From Candidatus Eiseniibacteriota bacterium (GTDB lineage Bacteria > Eisenbacteria > RBG-16-71-46): 64,000 bases of DNA. Within the stretch, counting starts at the first letter, position 1. The number at the start of each line of letters is the position of its first letter. The stretch covers positions 2,496,001-2,560,000 of the forward strand of contig OY970178.1 of the NCBI GenBank assembly GCA_963707915.1, written 5' to 3'. Position numbers and translations under genes: made by a program. Below the pieces are notes generated by a model. The model had not been told where the DNA came from. It ran no database searches and saw only the letters and a list, made by a program, of their open reading frames with translations. Below, piece by piece: positions 11,028-24,066 of this stretch.

Positions 11028-11821
11028 CACAGCTCGTCCACCATCTCGCCGGAGCGCTTGCGGAAGAGACGCCAGCTGAAGAAGCAGACGACGACGGCCA
11101 GCAGCGAGACCGGAAGCAGCGAGACCCAGTCCGGCCACTGCTTCGAGACCAGGATCGCCTGGCAGGCCATGATGATCGCCGCCATCGGATTGAAGACGAG
11201 CAGCCCGCGCGCGAAGCCCGGGAGGATCGAGGCCGGGTACACGACGGGCGTGAACCAGAACCAGAACTGCAGGACGATGCCGAACAGCAGCCCCACGTCC
11301 CGGAAGAACACGTTCAGCACGCCCAGGATGACGCCCAGCCCGATCGAGAACGCGATCAGGACCGCGAGCACCGGGAGCAGCGCCAGGTAGCTCCAGCCCG
11401 GGAAGTTCCCGGTGACGACGAGGAACCCGGAGAAGAGGCCGAAGACGATGGCGAAGTTGAGCAGCGCGTTGAGGACGGTGACGATCGGCAGGCAGAGGCG
11501 CGGGAAGCGGAGCTTCTTCAGCAGGTTCGCGTGTTCGAGGAACACCGACTGCGACCGGGTCACGATCTCGGTGAAGAGCCCCCAGCTCAGCAACCCGGCG
11601 CACACGTAGATGCTGTACGCGAAGCTTCCCTCCGCCCCGGGCAGCTTCGCCCGCATGACCTTCGAGAAGATCACGGTGTAGACGAAGATCATGGCCAGCG
11701 GATTGATCACGGTCCAGGCGGCGCCCAGCATGGAGTTCCGGTACTTCAGCTGGAACTCCCGCTTGACGCTGCCCAGGACGAACTCCCGGTACGTCCAGAT
11801 GCTTCTCAGCGTCCCGATCAT
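11027..11821 (-). CDS. wzm: Polysaccharide ABC exporter permease
   Basis: KREFQLKYRNSMLGAAW, FFRDVG, WFWFTPVVYP. Confidence 0.93.
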
Positions 11822-11944
11822 GGTCACCCGGGCGGGCGGGGCCCGCCCCGCGTCGTGGAGGAGAACAGGCGATCAGCGCACTGCACCCTACCGCATCGCG
11901 CAGCCGGCTGACCACCTCGCGCCGCGACCGCGACGCGCTCGCGC

Positions 11945-11973
11945 TTGAGGTTCCGCGGGCCCTGCCCCATACT
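11945..11973 (+). promoter_or_regulatory. sigma70-type promoter for the 12230-17423 operon
   Basis: TTGAGG-N17-CATACT. Confidence 0.4.
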
Positions 11974-12229
11974 GCGTTTCGCAACGATCTGCGGCGTGAG
12001 GGCGCCTCCCCCGCGTGGTCTGGCGAGAACCTCTCGAGTCCCCCCTCGCGCGCCCGACACGGACACCGAGCCATCACCCTGTCACCACGAGCCCTTGTCG
12101 CCCGGGAAGCGTAGCGAGACAATCACCCGGTTCCGCGTCCGTCCCGTCGACCCCGCGCCTTCACGCGAGAAGTCACGTCCGGGAGGGACGAGGACGCCTC
12201 ACCCGGTCGAACCGACGCCAGGCGCTCCG

Positions 12230-12547
12230 ATGGTCCAGAGGAGCCAGAAGATGCCGTTCAGGACTCTCTTCACGCACATCCCGGGGGCGATCTTCCGTCG
12301 AAGGCTGTTTCGATTCCTCAACCATCCCGCGCTCCGGCGGCGCGGGCCCGCGCTCCTGCGCCGCCTGGGCCTCTACCCCTTCGCCCGCACCCTCTACTGG
12401 AGGTTCTTCTCGGCGGACGGCAGGACCGGCGGGCGCAGCCCCTTCGACTCCTTCTCCACCGACGCCTCCACCCTCACGCCGCGCACTCGCCAGGTGCTCG
12501 CCGCCCTCAAGGCCGCCACCGATCACGCCCGGAAGGCCAGCCGCTGA
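12230..12547 (+). CDS. Small basic protein coupled to the glycosyltransferase; resembles the C-terminal tail of O-antigen chain-end modifying proteins
   Basis: TGATG overlap with the 12547 gene; amphipathic helices; ends LTPRTRQVLAALKAA. Confidence 0.55.
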   Translation: MVQRSQKMPFRTLFTHIPGAIFRRRLFRFLNHPALRRRGPALLRRLGLYPFARTLYWRFFSADGRTGGRSPFDSFSTDASTLTPRTRQVLAALKAATDHARKASR

Positions 12548-15500
12548 TGCGTGTCGTCATCGACATGCAGGGGGCACAGACCACCGGAAGCCGCGACCGG
12601 GGCATCGGCCGCTACTCCCTCGCCCTCGGCCGGGAGCTGTGCCGCCAGCGGGGTGGGCGCGAGGTCGTGCTGGTCCTGAACGGGATGTTCCCCGAGGCGG
12701 TCGACGCGCTCCGGGCGGCCTTCGCCGACCTGGTGCCCGACGAGGCGATCTCGGTGTGGGACGGCGCGGGCCCGGTCCGCGCGCGCGACGCCTCCGGCGC
12801 CTCGCGCCGCCGGGCGGCGGAACTGTCGCGGGAGGCGTTCCTCGGGAGCCTTCGGCCCGACATCGTCCTCGACACCTCGATCATCGAGGGCTTCGCCGAC
12901 GACGCCGTGACGAGCATCGGGCGCTTCCCCGGCCGATGGCCCACGGCCGCCGTGCTGTACGACCTCATCCCGCTCATCCACCGCGACCTCTACCTGGCGG
13001 ACCCGGTCGTCGAGGGCTGGTACCTCGAGAAGCTCGGACACCTGCGCCGGGCCGACCTGCTGCTCTCGATCTCGGAGTCGTCCGGAAGGGCGGCCGTCGA
13101 CCTCCTCGGGTTCCCGCCCGGGAACGTGGTGAACATCTCCACCGCGTGCGATCGCCGCTTCCGGCCGGTCCCGGTGGACGACGCCGCCCGGGCCCGGCTG
13201 CGCGACGCTCACGGGTTGCGGCGGCCCTTCCTCCTCTACACCGGCGGCATCGACCATCGGAAGAACATCGAGCGACTGGTCCGTGCCTACGCCGCCATCC
13301 CCGCGACGCTCCGGGCCGCGCACCAACTGGCGGTGGTGTGCGCGGTGCAGCCCGCCGAGCGGCTACGTCTCGCGCAGCTCGGTCGGGACGCGGGCCTCGA
13401 GGACGGCGAACTGGCGCTCACCGGCTACGTCCCGGACGACGACCTGGTCCTGCTCTACAACGCGTGCAAGCTGTTCGTCTTCCCGTCGTGGCACGAAGGC
13501 TTCGGCCTGCCGGCCCTCGAGGCCATGGCCTGCGGGCGCGCGGTGATCGGCTCGGACACGTCGAGCATCCCCGAGGTGATCGGCCGAGCCGACGCCCTCT
13601 TCGACCCGCGGGACGAAGCCGCCATCACGCGCAAGCTGGTCGAGACGCTGACCGACGACGGACTGCGCGCCGAGCTCGAGCGCTACGGCCTGGAGCGCGC
13701 CAAGGCGTTCTCCTGGGACGCGACCGCGCGACGGGCGTGGCAGGCGCTCGAGGGCTTCCTCCCGGGACGGGCGCCGGCCGCGGGGCGCCGCGTGCCCGTG
13801 GCCGCCGCGAGCCGCCCGCGTCTCGCCTACCTCTCCCCGCTGCCCCCGGCGCGGAGCGGCATCGCCGACTACAGCGCGGAGCTGCTGCCCCACCTCGCCC
13901 GGCACTACGACATCGAGGTCGTCGTCGCGCAGGACGAACGACCGGACGACTCGGTCGTCGCCAACCACCCGGTCCGCGACGTCGGGTGGTTCCGCGCCAA
14001 CGGCAGGTCGTTCGATCGCGTCCTGTACCACGTGGGCAACTCGCCGTTCCACGGCCACATGTTCCGCCTGATGCGCGACATCCCCGGCGTGGTCGTCCTG
14101 CACGACTTCTTCCTTTCCCACGTCGTCAGGGCCCTGGACCGGCCCGGCGGAAATCCGCACGGCTGGCCTCGCGCTCTCCTGCACGCGCATGGCTGGCCGG
14201 CGGTGCGGGCGCGCTTCGACTCGCGGGACGGCGCGGACGCGCTCTGGGGATTCCCCTGCAACCTCGAGGTGCTCCAGCACGCGCAGGGCGTGATCGTCCA
14301 CTCGGAGCACTCGTGCCGGCTGGCCCGCACATGGTACGGACCGGGTGCCGCGGACGACTGGGCGGTGATCCCCCTGCTGCGCGTCCCGGCGGCGGAACCC
14401 GACCGCGTCGCGGCGCGGCGCGCGCTGGGTGCCGGCGAGGACGAGTTCCGGGTCTGCAGCTTCGGGATGCTCGGCCCCGCCAAGCTCAATCACCGGCTGC
14501 TGTCGGCGTGGCTGGCGTCGCCGCTGGCGCAGGATCCACGCTGCCGCCTGGTGTTCGTCGGCGAGGGTCACGCCGGTGACTACGGGGCGGGGTTCGCCGC
14601 GGCGGTGCGGGCGAGCGGCCTGCAGGACCGCATCTCGGTCACCGGGTGGGTGGACCCGGCGGCCTTCCGGAGCCATCTCGCCGCGGCGGACGTCGCCGTG
14701 CAACTTCGCACCGATTCCCGCGGCGAGACTTCCAGCGCGGTGCTGGACTGCATGAACCACGCGCTGGCCACGATCGTCAACGCACACGGCGCGCTGGCGG
14801 CCCTGCCCGACGACGCGGTGGCGCGGCTGCCCGACGACTTCTCCGGGGCCGAGTTGGCCGGCGCGCTGGCCGCGCTCTGGCGCGACGCCGATCGGCGGCG
14901 CGCCCTCGGGCGGCGCGCCGCCGAGTGGATCCGGGCCGAGCACCAGCCGCACCGTTGCGCCGAGCAGTACGCGGAGGCCATCGAGCGCGGTCGGGCCGGG
15001 ATGGCGGCGGGGCTCCCGGGCGTGGTCGGCGCCATCGCGAAGATCGAGCCGCCCCTGCGCGCGCGGGACAGCCTGCACGTCGCCCACTCGCTCGCGAACG
15101 ACTTCCCGCCGCGGCCCCGGCGCAGGCAGGTGTTCCTCGACGTGTCCATCCTCGCCCAGCACGACGCGAGGAGCGGCATCCAGCGCACTGTCCGCGCGCT
15201 GGTGAGACAGCTCCTGCTCGACCCGCCCGCGGGGTGGGCGGTCGAGCCGGTGCTCGCCACCGCGGACGAACGCGGCTTCCGCTACGCCCGTCGCTTCACC
15301 TGCCGCTTCCTCGACATGCCGGACGACTGGGCCGAGGACGAGCCCATCGACGCGTGGCCGGGCGACGTGTTCGTCGGGCTCGACCTGCAGCACATCGTCG
15401 TCGCCTCCCAGAAGGACTACCTGCTGGCGTTGCGCCGCCGGGGCATCCGGGTCTGGTTCGTGGTCTACGACCTCCTGCCGGTACTGCTGCCGCAGGTGTT

Positions 15501-16293
15501 CGCCGAGCACGTCCACGCGATGCACCAGTCGTGGCTCGAGACGATCAGCCATTTCGACGGGGCGGTGTGCATCTCCCGGGCGGTGGCCACCGAGCTGGCG
15601 GACTGGCAGCGGACCCACGCGCCGCATCGCCTCCGCCCGTTCCGGGTCGAGTCGTTCCACCTCGGGGCCGACATCGAGAACTCGGTCCCCACGCTCGGCC
15701 TGCGTGACGACGTCGACCACGTGCTCCGCGCGCTGACGCGCCGCCCGGCGTTCCTGATGGTCGGCACCATCGAGCCGCGGAAGTGCCAGGCGCAGGCGCT
15801 GGCCGCCCTCGAGCTCCTGTGGGGCGAGGGGCTGGACGCCAACCTGGTGATCGTCGGCAACGAGGGCTGGATGGCGGAGTCGCTGATGGAGCGCCTGCGC
15901 CGGCACCCCGAGCTGGGCCGGCGGCTGTTCTGGCTCGAGGGCATCAGCGACGAGTACCTGGGAAGGGTCTACGCCGCGAGCAGTTGCCTGATCTGCGCCT
16001 CGCTGGGAGAGGGTTTCGGGCTGCCGCTGATCGAAGCCGCGCAGCACCGGCTGCCGATCATGGCCCGGGACATCCCGGTGTTCCGCGAGGTGGCCGGGGA
16101 GCACGCCTTCTACTTCAGCGGGCTGGAGCCGCGGGCGCTGGCCGACGCCATCCGGGAGTGGGTCGAGCTCTACCGGCAGGGTCGCATCCCGCGGTCGGAC
16201 GACCTGCCATGGCTCACGTGGAAGCAAAGCGCCGAACAGTTGACGCAGGTCCTGCTGGGTGATCCGGGCGGCCCGTCCGGACCGCTCGCGTAG
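12547..16293 (+). CDS. Multi-domain GT4 glycosyltransferase (WbdA-like polysaccharide polymerase)
   Basis: MRVVIDMQGAQT...RGIGRY; three GT-B modules (EGFGLPALEAM; RGETSSAVLD; EGFGLPLIEAA). Confidence 0.88.
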   Translation: MRVVIDMQGAQTTGSRDRGIGRYSLALGRELCRQRGGREVVLVLNGMFPEAVDALRAAFADLVPDEAISVWDGAGPVRARDASGASRRRAAELSREAFLGSLRPDIVLDTSIIEGFADDAVTSIGRFPGRWPTAAVLYDLIPLIHRDLYLADPVVEGWYLEKLGHLRRADLLLSISESSGRAAVDLLGFPPGNVVNISTACDRRFRPVPVDDAARARLRDAHGLRRPFLLYTGGIDHRKNIERLVRAYAAIPATLRAAHQLAVVCAVQPAERLRLAQLGRDAGLEDGELALTGYVPDDDLVLLYNACKLFVFPSWHEGFGLPALEAMACGRAVIGSDTSSIPEVIGRADALFDPRDEAAITRKLVETLTDDGLRAELERYGLERAKAFSWDATARRAWQALEGFLPGRAPAAGRRVPVAAASRPRLAYLSPLPPARSGIADYSAELLPHLARHYDIEVVVAQDERPDDSVVANHPVRDVGWFRANGRSFDRVLYHVGNSPFHGHMFRLMRDIPGVVVLHDFFLSHVVRALDRPGGNPHGWPRALLHAHGWPAVRARFDSRDGADALWGFPCNLEVLQHAQGVIVHSEHSCRLARTWYGPGAADDWAVIPLLRVPAAEPDRVAARRALGAGEDEFRVCSFGMLGPAKLNHRLLSAWLASPLAQDPRCRLVFVGEGHAGDYGAGFAAAVRASGLQDRISVTGWVDPAAFRSHLAAADVAVQLRTDSRGETSSAVLDCMNHALATIVNAHGALAALPDDAVARLPDDFSGAELAGALAALWRDADRRRALGRRAAEWIRAEHQPHRCAEQYAEAIERGRAGMAAGLPGVVGAIAKIEPPLRARDSLHVAHSLANDFPPRPRRRQVFLDVSILAQHDARSGIQRTVRALVRQLLLDPPAGWAVEPVLATADERGFRYARRFTCRFLDMPDDWAEDEPIDAWPGDVFVGLDLQHIVVASQKDYLLALRRRGIRVWFVVYDLLPVLLPQVFAEHVHAMHQSWLETISHFDGAVCISRAVATELADWQRTHAPHRLRPFRVESFHLGADIENSVPTLGLRDDVDHVLRALTRRPAFLMVGTIEPRKCQAQALAALELLWGEGLDANLVIVGNEGWMAESLMERLRRHPELGRRLFWLEGISDEYLGRVYAASSCLICASLGEGFGLPLIEAAQHRLPIMARDIPVFREVAGEHAFYFSGLEPRALADAIREWVELYRQGRIPRSDDLPWLTWKQSAEQLTQVLLGDPGGPSGPLA

Positions 16294-16316
16294 CAGGTCC
16301 TTCCTCCGGGGGACGG

Positions 16317-17423
16317 GTGGCCAAGGGATTCGAGAAGATCGGCAAGCGCACGCTCGCGCGCTTCATCTCGCTGTTCCTGTCGAGACGGCGCCTGACGGCC
16401 GCGGAGTTCGGCCGCGTGGAAGTGTCGCGGCTGCTCGTCATCCGGCAGCACCACCAGATGGGAGACATGCTCCTGGCCGTTCCCGCGTACCGGGGGCTGC
16501 GGGCGCGCTTCCCCGGCGCGCGGATCGAACTCCTGGCCTCGCGGATCAACGCCGAGTGCGTGCGGGGCAACCCGTACATCGACGAGGTGCTCGTCCTTCC
16601 GCGGAAGAAGGGCCCGGGCGGCCTGCTGGACCTGGTGCGGTTCATCGCGGACCTCCGGCGCCGCCGCTTCGACGCCGCGATCGTCCTCAACACCGTCTCC
16701 TTCTCGGTGACGAGCATGCTGCTGGCCGTCGCGAGCGGCGCACGGCTGCGCGCCGGCTCCACCAGCCGGCCGTTCGGTCACGACCTGACCTCGCGCTTCT
16801 ACCACCTCGAGCTGCCGCTGCCGTCGCCCGGGGAGCTCGCCGCGATGCACGAGAGCGCGCACAACCTCTACCCGCTCGCGGCGATCGGCGTGCAGGTGAC
16901 GGACCTGACCTCCGCGTTCGTGCCGGCGGCGGCGGACGAGCAGGAGTGCGAGCGGTTCCTCGCCGCCTCGTTCGGCGCGGGCGGACGATTCATCGTCGTC
17001 CACCCGGGAGCGGGCAAGCCGCGGAACGTGTGGCCGGGGAGCCGGTTCGCGGCGGCGGCGCGGACCCTCGCCGGGGCCCTCGGGTGCGGGGTGGTGGCGA
17101 CGGCGGGGCCCGCCGACGCGGCGACGCTCGAGGCGTTCCTCGCGGCGTGCGTCGAGCCCCCGTTCGTCCGCTCGTCCGTGTCCCTGGGGTTTCTCGGCGC
17201 CCTGCTGCGACGCTCGACCCTCACGCTCTGCAACGACACCGGCGTCATGCACATCGCGGGCGCGGTCGGCGCGAGATGCGTCGCCGTGTTCGGACCGACC
17301 GATCCGGCGCGGTGGAAGCCGGTCAACCGGGCGGTCGTCGCGGTGCAGGGCGAGGACGGCAGCGTCGACTCGGTGAGTGTCGAGCGGGTGGTCGCCGCCG
17401 CGCGGGCGCTCCTCGACGGCTGA
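16317..17423 (+). CDS. Glycosyltransferase family 9 (heptosyltransferase-like)
   Basis: MGDMLL, HPGAGKPRNVW, CNDTGVMHIA, VFGPTDP. Confidence 0.9.
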   Translation: MAKGFEKIGKRTLARFISLFLSRRRLTAAEFGRVEVSRLLVIRQHHQMGDMLLAVPAYRGLRARFPGARIELLASRINAECVRGNPYIDEVLVLPRKKGPGGLLDLVRFIADLRRRRFDAAIVLNTVSFSVTSMLLAVASGARLRAGSTSRPFGHDLTSRFYHLELPLPSPGELAAMHESAHNLYPLAAIGVQVTDLTSAFVPAAADEQECERFLAASFGAGGRFIVVHPGAGKPRNVWPGSRFAAAARTLAGALGCGVVATAGPADAATLEAFLAACVEPPFVRSSVSLGFLGALLRRSTLTLCNDTGVMHIAGAVGARCVAVFGPTDPARWKPVNRAVVAVQGEDGSVDSVSVERVVAAARALLDG

Positions 17424-17654
17424 AGCGGCGGACGCGTGCGACCGCCGGGCACGCATCCCGGTGCGCCGCGGCGCGCGTCCGCGCCGCGCGCGGGCGTGGA
17501 CACCGGGGCGCGATCCGGGGCCGCTCCGCCAGCCCGCCGGGACCGCGGTTTGGCAGGCCTAACCGCGCGATGGTCCTTTCGGCGTGGTCCTTTTGGACCC
17601 CGATTCGTTTTCAATTCCTTGACGCACAAGGGACCGGGCGGGTGTACTTTGGTC

Positions 17655-17818
17655 TCGCAGCAGGATCCTCCTCGAATCCTTTTCGCGGAGGCGCCATCAG
17701 AACGGACAGGTTTGGGAGACGGTGTTCGAAGACCCTTGGGTGCGGCCCCCGAGACTTTGGATGCCTCTCCCGTTTTAACCGCCCCGCTCGCCCCACGGTG
17801 AGCGGGGCGGTTCGTTTC
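17655..17818 (+). ncRNA. Candidate small RNA with three hairpins
   Basis: TTGACG at 17619 with TGTACTTT at 17643-17650; a G-U-rich stem at 17714-17771; a terminator-like hairpin at the end; lies between convergent genes. Confidence 0.5.
17777..17817 (+). terminator. Intrinsic terminator-like hairpin
   Basis: AACCGCCCCGCTC / GAGCGGGGCGGTT 13-bp perfect stem followed by CGTTT. Confidence 0.65.
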
Positions 17819-17892
17819 CGGGCGCCCGCCCCGCAAAGCGGACCGCCACCCCGGGGCATCCGGAGTGGCGGCGTCGTCGCGGCCGGGGCGCG

Positions 17893-18450
17893 CTACACGC
17901 GCTCGACGAAGTCCCCCGTGCGCGTGTCGATCTTCACGCGGTCGCCGATCTCGATGTAGGGCGGCACCTTGATCTCGTGCCCGGTCACCAGGATCGCGGG
18001 CTTCGAGGTGTTCTGCACCGCGGCGCCCTTGATGTTGGGCGTCGTCTCCTTCACCTCGAGCTCGACGAACATCGGCACCTCGATGCCCACCACGCGGCCC
18101 TCGTAGTACAGGGCCTCGATCATCATGCCCTCGGTGAGGTACCCGACGTTGTCGCCCAGCACGTCGGCGTGGAGCGACACCATCTCGTAGCTCTCGGTGT
18201 TCATGAAGTGGTAGTCGTCGCCGGCGCGGTACGAATACTGGAGCTTGTGCTCCTCGAGCGGGGCGCGGTCCACCTTGTCCTCGGAGCGGAACCGGTGCTC
18301 GGCGTTGGAGCCGGTCTCGATGTTCACCAGGCGGGTCTGCACCATGCCGCGCCAGTTGCCGGGCGTGACGTGCAGCACGTTCGTCACGCGGTGCGGCTTG
18401 CTGTTGTGCATGATGACCATGCCCACCTTGAGCTGGGTCGCTGCGATCAC
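17893..18450 (-). CDS. efp: Elongation factor P
   Basis: YHFMNTESYE, KPAILVTG, VPPYIEIGD, IDTRTG. GTG start with AGGAG RBS. Confidence 0.95.
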   Translation of the reverse strand: MIAATQLKVGMVIMHNSKPHRVTNVLHVTPGNWRGMVQTRLVNIETGSNAEHRFRSEDKVDRAPLEEHKLQYSYRAGDDYHFMNTESYEMVSLHADVLGDNVGYLTEGMMIEALYYEGRVVGIEVPMFVELEVKETTPNIKGAAVQNTSKPAILVTGHEIKVPPYIEIGDRVKIDTRTGDFVERV

Positions 18451-18633
18451 TTGGACTCCTTGAGGCTGGGATGGCGAGCGAGGGGACCACGGCCCCTCGA
18501 GGGCCTCCCCATGGATCACGCGGCCTATGAGTGTGCCCGATGGCGGCCCGGCGGCGCAAACGCGCCCCCGGGCCGCCCGCGCGAAGGGCCCCGGCTCGCG
18601 CCGGGGCCCCCGCGAGCTGCCGCTCGGTGAGGT

Positions 18634-20298
<1,665 letters not shown>

Positions 20299-20351
20299 TT
20301 AGGATGAGAACGGGCTCCGCCCGGCCGCGTGGCCGGGGAGCCGCGAATGGG

Positions 20352-20648
20352 CTACTTCGGGGACGACAGGATCCCGAGGACGTCGTCTTCGCGCAGGATC
20401 GTGTACTCGACGCCGTCGATCTTCACCTCCGTGCCGCTGTACTTGCCGATCAGCACGCGGTCGCCCTTCTTGACCTCCATGACGAAGCGCTTGCCATCGT
20501 CGCCCATGCGGCCGGGGCCCACGGCGACGACCTCACCCTCCTGGGGCTTCTCCTTGGCGGTGTCGGGGATGATGATGCCGCCCCGCACGGTCTCCTTCTC
20601 CTCGATGCGGCGGACCAGGATGCGGTCAGCGAGAGGCTGGATCTTCAT
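20352..20648 (-). CDS. groS: Co-chaperonin GroES
   Basis: [24 protein letters not shown]. Confidence 0.99.
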   Translation of the reverse strand: MKIQPLADRILVRRIEEKETVRGGIIIPDTAKEKPQEGEVVAVGPGRMGDDGKRFVMEVKKGDRVLIGKYSGTEVKIDGVEYTILREDDVLGILSSPK

Positions 20649-20907
20649 GAACTCCTCCTCGTGGTTTCAGGTCGGCCCCCTCCGGGGCCACATGGAACTG
20701 GCTGCGCTCGGGCCCGCCCGGGAGCCTGCCCGGGCCGGACCGTGCCTGCACGCGCCATCGTTCCGCGATCGTTGCGCCGTCCTCGCCCTTGCTGCCGGGC
20801 GGCCACATCATTCACGCGAGCCAAGGTAGTTGGGCTGCGCCGGCCGGTCTGGATCGGAGGACGCCCCCGGATCGCCTCGCGAGCTTTGCCATAATGGCAC
20901 AAGTCGT

Positions 20908-20961
20908 CTGGCGGTCTCGTGTTGGGAGCGCCAACCTCGCAGGAACGGAGCGGCGTGTCAA
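20908..20961 (-). promoter_or_regulatory. groESL promoter with CIRCE-like (HrcA) operator
   Basis: TTGACA at 20961-20956. TTGGCGCTC-N9-GACCGCCAG at 20934-20908 versus consensus TTAGCACTC-N9-GAGTGCTAA. Confidence 0.65.
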
Positions 20962-21041
20962 GCGGGCGGACCCGCGCGCCGGAAGTGGCCCGGGGAGGGC
21001 CCGGGAACGCCGGGCGGGAGGGTCCGCGGCGGCGGGAGAGC

Positions 21042-21947
21042 CTACTGCGGGGCGGCGGTGTCCTCGAAGAGGGCCTGGCGCGGGACGCCGTCGAGGAAGC
21101 CCGTGCTGACCTGCCCCTTCACCGTGATGACCGCGCGGGGGTTGGGCCTCTGGGACCGCGTGAAGGTCACGATCGTGTCGCGCCCCTGGACCAGGTAGAA
21201 GGCCCAGCCGGCGCCCACGGCGAAGATGTCGTCCCCGACCCGTCCACGCACCACCACGGTCCGGCCGTCGTAACGAGCCGGGTAGCTCCGCAACTCGGAC
21301 AGCGAGATGGTGCCCACGCCGCGCGGCCACGACCACCAGGCGACCAGGACGAGCGCGACCAACCCGGCGGCGACCCCGATCTGGACGGGACGCCTGGTCC
21401 TCACGCTGTCGAGCGCGATGACCCACCAGGGTTCGTGGAGCGGGGCGAGCGGAGGCGGGGCCGCGGCGGTGCGGAGCAGATCCTCGTTGCGTCCCGGCAG
21501 CCCCAGGACGCGCGGCGGCGGGGCCACTGTGGATGCGCTCTCGACCGGCTCGGGCCCGTCGGGCAGCGCCAGCCTGAGGACCGGCACGCTGCTCGCGACC
21601 GGCGCCCAGATCCCGGGCGGCGCGAGCCTTCGCGACGGGGCCGGCGGCGAGGCGGGTTCCTTCGCCAGCTTCTCCGCATCGGGCGCCGGCTTCGCGATCG
21701 CCTGATCGATGGCCGGCACGAGCTCGGGAAGCGGCGCGGGCGCCCCGGGCCGCCGCAACACGGGCTGCGGGAGCGACTCGGGAGGAGCCTCGTCGGTGGC
21801 GTCGTCGAGCGGGTCGAGGGCGGCGCCCAAGCCGTCCGCCGGCCCCGTCAACCAATCAGGGGCAGGCCGACCGGGGAACGACAGGATCTTCCCCGGCGGG
21901 GAAGGTCGGCCGTCGTCGGGCTTGGGGTCGTCTTCTTCCGTGAACAC
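21042..21947 (-). CDS. Single-pass membrane protein: Pro-rich N-terminus, TM helix, C-terminal OB-fold-like domain
   Basis: GGAGG RBS; TM segment IGVAAGLVALVLVAWW; P.RYDGRTVVVRGRV...ITVKG OB-fold pattern. Confidence 0.65.
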   Translation of the reverse strand: MFTEEDDPKPDDGRPSPPGKILSFPGRPAPDWLTGPADGLGAALDPLDDATDEAPPESLPQPVLRRPGAPAPLPELVPAIDQAIAKPAPDAEKLAKEPASPPAPSRRLAPPGIWAPVASSVPVLRLALPDGPEPVESASTVAPPPRVLGLPGRNEDLLRTAAAPPPLAPLHEPWWVIALDSVRTRRPVQIGVAAGLVALVLVAWWSWPRGVGTISLSELRSYPARYDGRTVVVRGRVGDDIFAVGAGWAFYLVQGRDTIVTFTRSQRPNPRAVITVKGQVSTGFLDGVPRQALFEDTAAPQ

Positions 21948-22090
21948 GCTCGTGACCTCCGGAGGTCAGGCGGGAGCCAGCGGCGGGAATGATCCATCCT
22001 CCCCACCTGGGCCCGTTATCGGCAACCCGGCCGGCGGGTCTTAGCACCCAGTTGCGGGCCCCGCCCGGGGCATCCCGGTCCCGGCAGGGC

Positions 22091-23502
<1,412 letters not shown>

Positions 23503-23506
<4 letters not shown>

Positions 23507-23973
23507 GCCAGGGCCTCGAGGGCGGCGAGGGCGTCCTCGGTGCTGGGAATCTCCGCGGGCGTGGGGCTGATCTCGCGCCAGACGATGCGCCCCTGCTTGT
23601 CCACGACGAAGTAGGCGCGGTTGCTGTATCCCCGCTCGGGGATCAGCACGCCGTACGCGGCACAGGCCGCGCGGTCGAAGTCCGAGAGCAGCGGGAAGGA
23701 CAGGCCCAGCTTCCGCGCGAACTCCTGGTTCGAGTACCACGAGTCCACGCTGACCCCCAGCACCTCGGTGTCGAGCGCCCGGAACCGCGCCAGCTCCCGC
23801 TGCAACTCGGGCAACTGGTGCGCGCAGACCGGCGAGAACGCCAGCGGGAAGAAGGCCAGCAGGAGGTTCCGGCTCCCGCGGTACTCGGAGAGCGTGAACG
23901 GCTGCCCTCCCGGGCCCTTGAGCCTGAACTCCGGGGCGGGTTGTCCCGCCTCGGGCGGGTGGTTCACGTGCAT
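23503..23973 (-). CDS. Peroxiredoxin, AhpC/TSA (AhpE-like)
   Basis: FFPLAFSPVC, GVSVDS, FPLLSDF, NRAYFVVDKQG. Confidence 0.9.
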
Positions 23974-24018
23974 GGCGCCTCCCACCGGAAAGTGCGCGAC
24001 CGAGCTCCGCGCCCCGCC

Positions 24019-24046
24019 ATTATTCCGGGCCGCGCGATGCTGTCAA
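24019..24046 (-). promoter_or_regulatory. sigma70-type promoter of the peroxiredoxin-regulator operon
   Basis: TTGACA-N16-AATAAT. Confidence 0.55.
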
Positions 24047-24066
24047 CCAGGACGCCGCGGGCCCCG

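Noticed and set aside
17700..17775. tRNA suggested by GTTCGAA
   Set aside because: No cloverleaf; the segment forms a single long hairpin.
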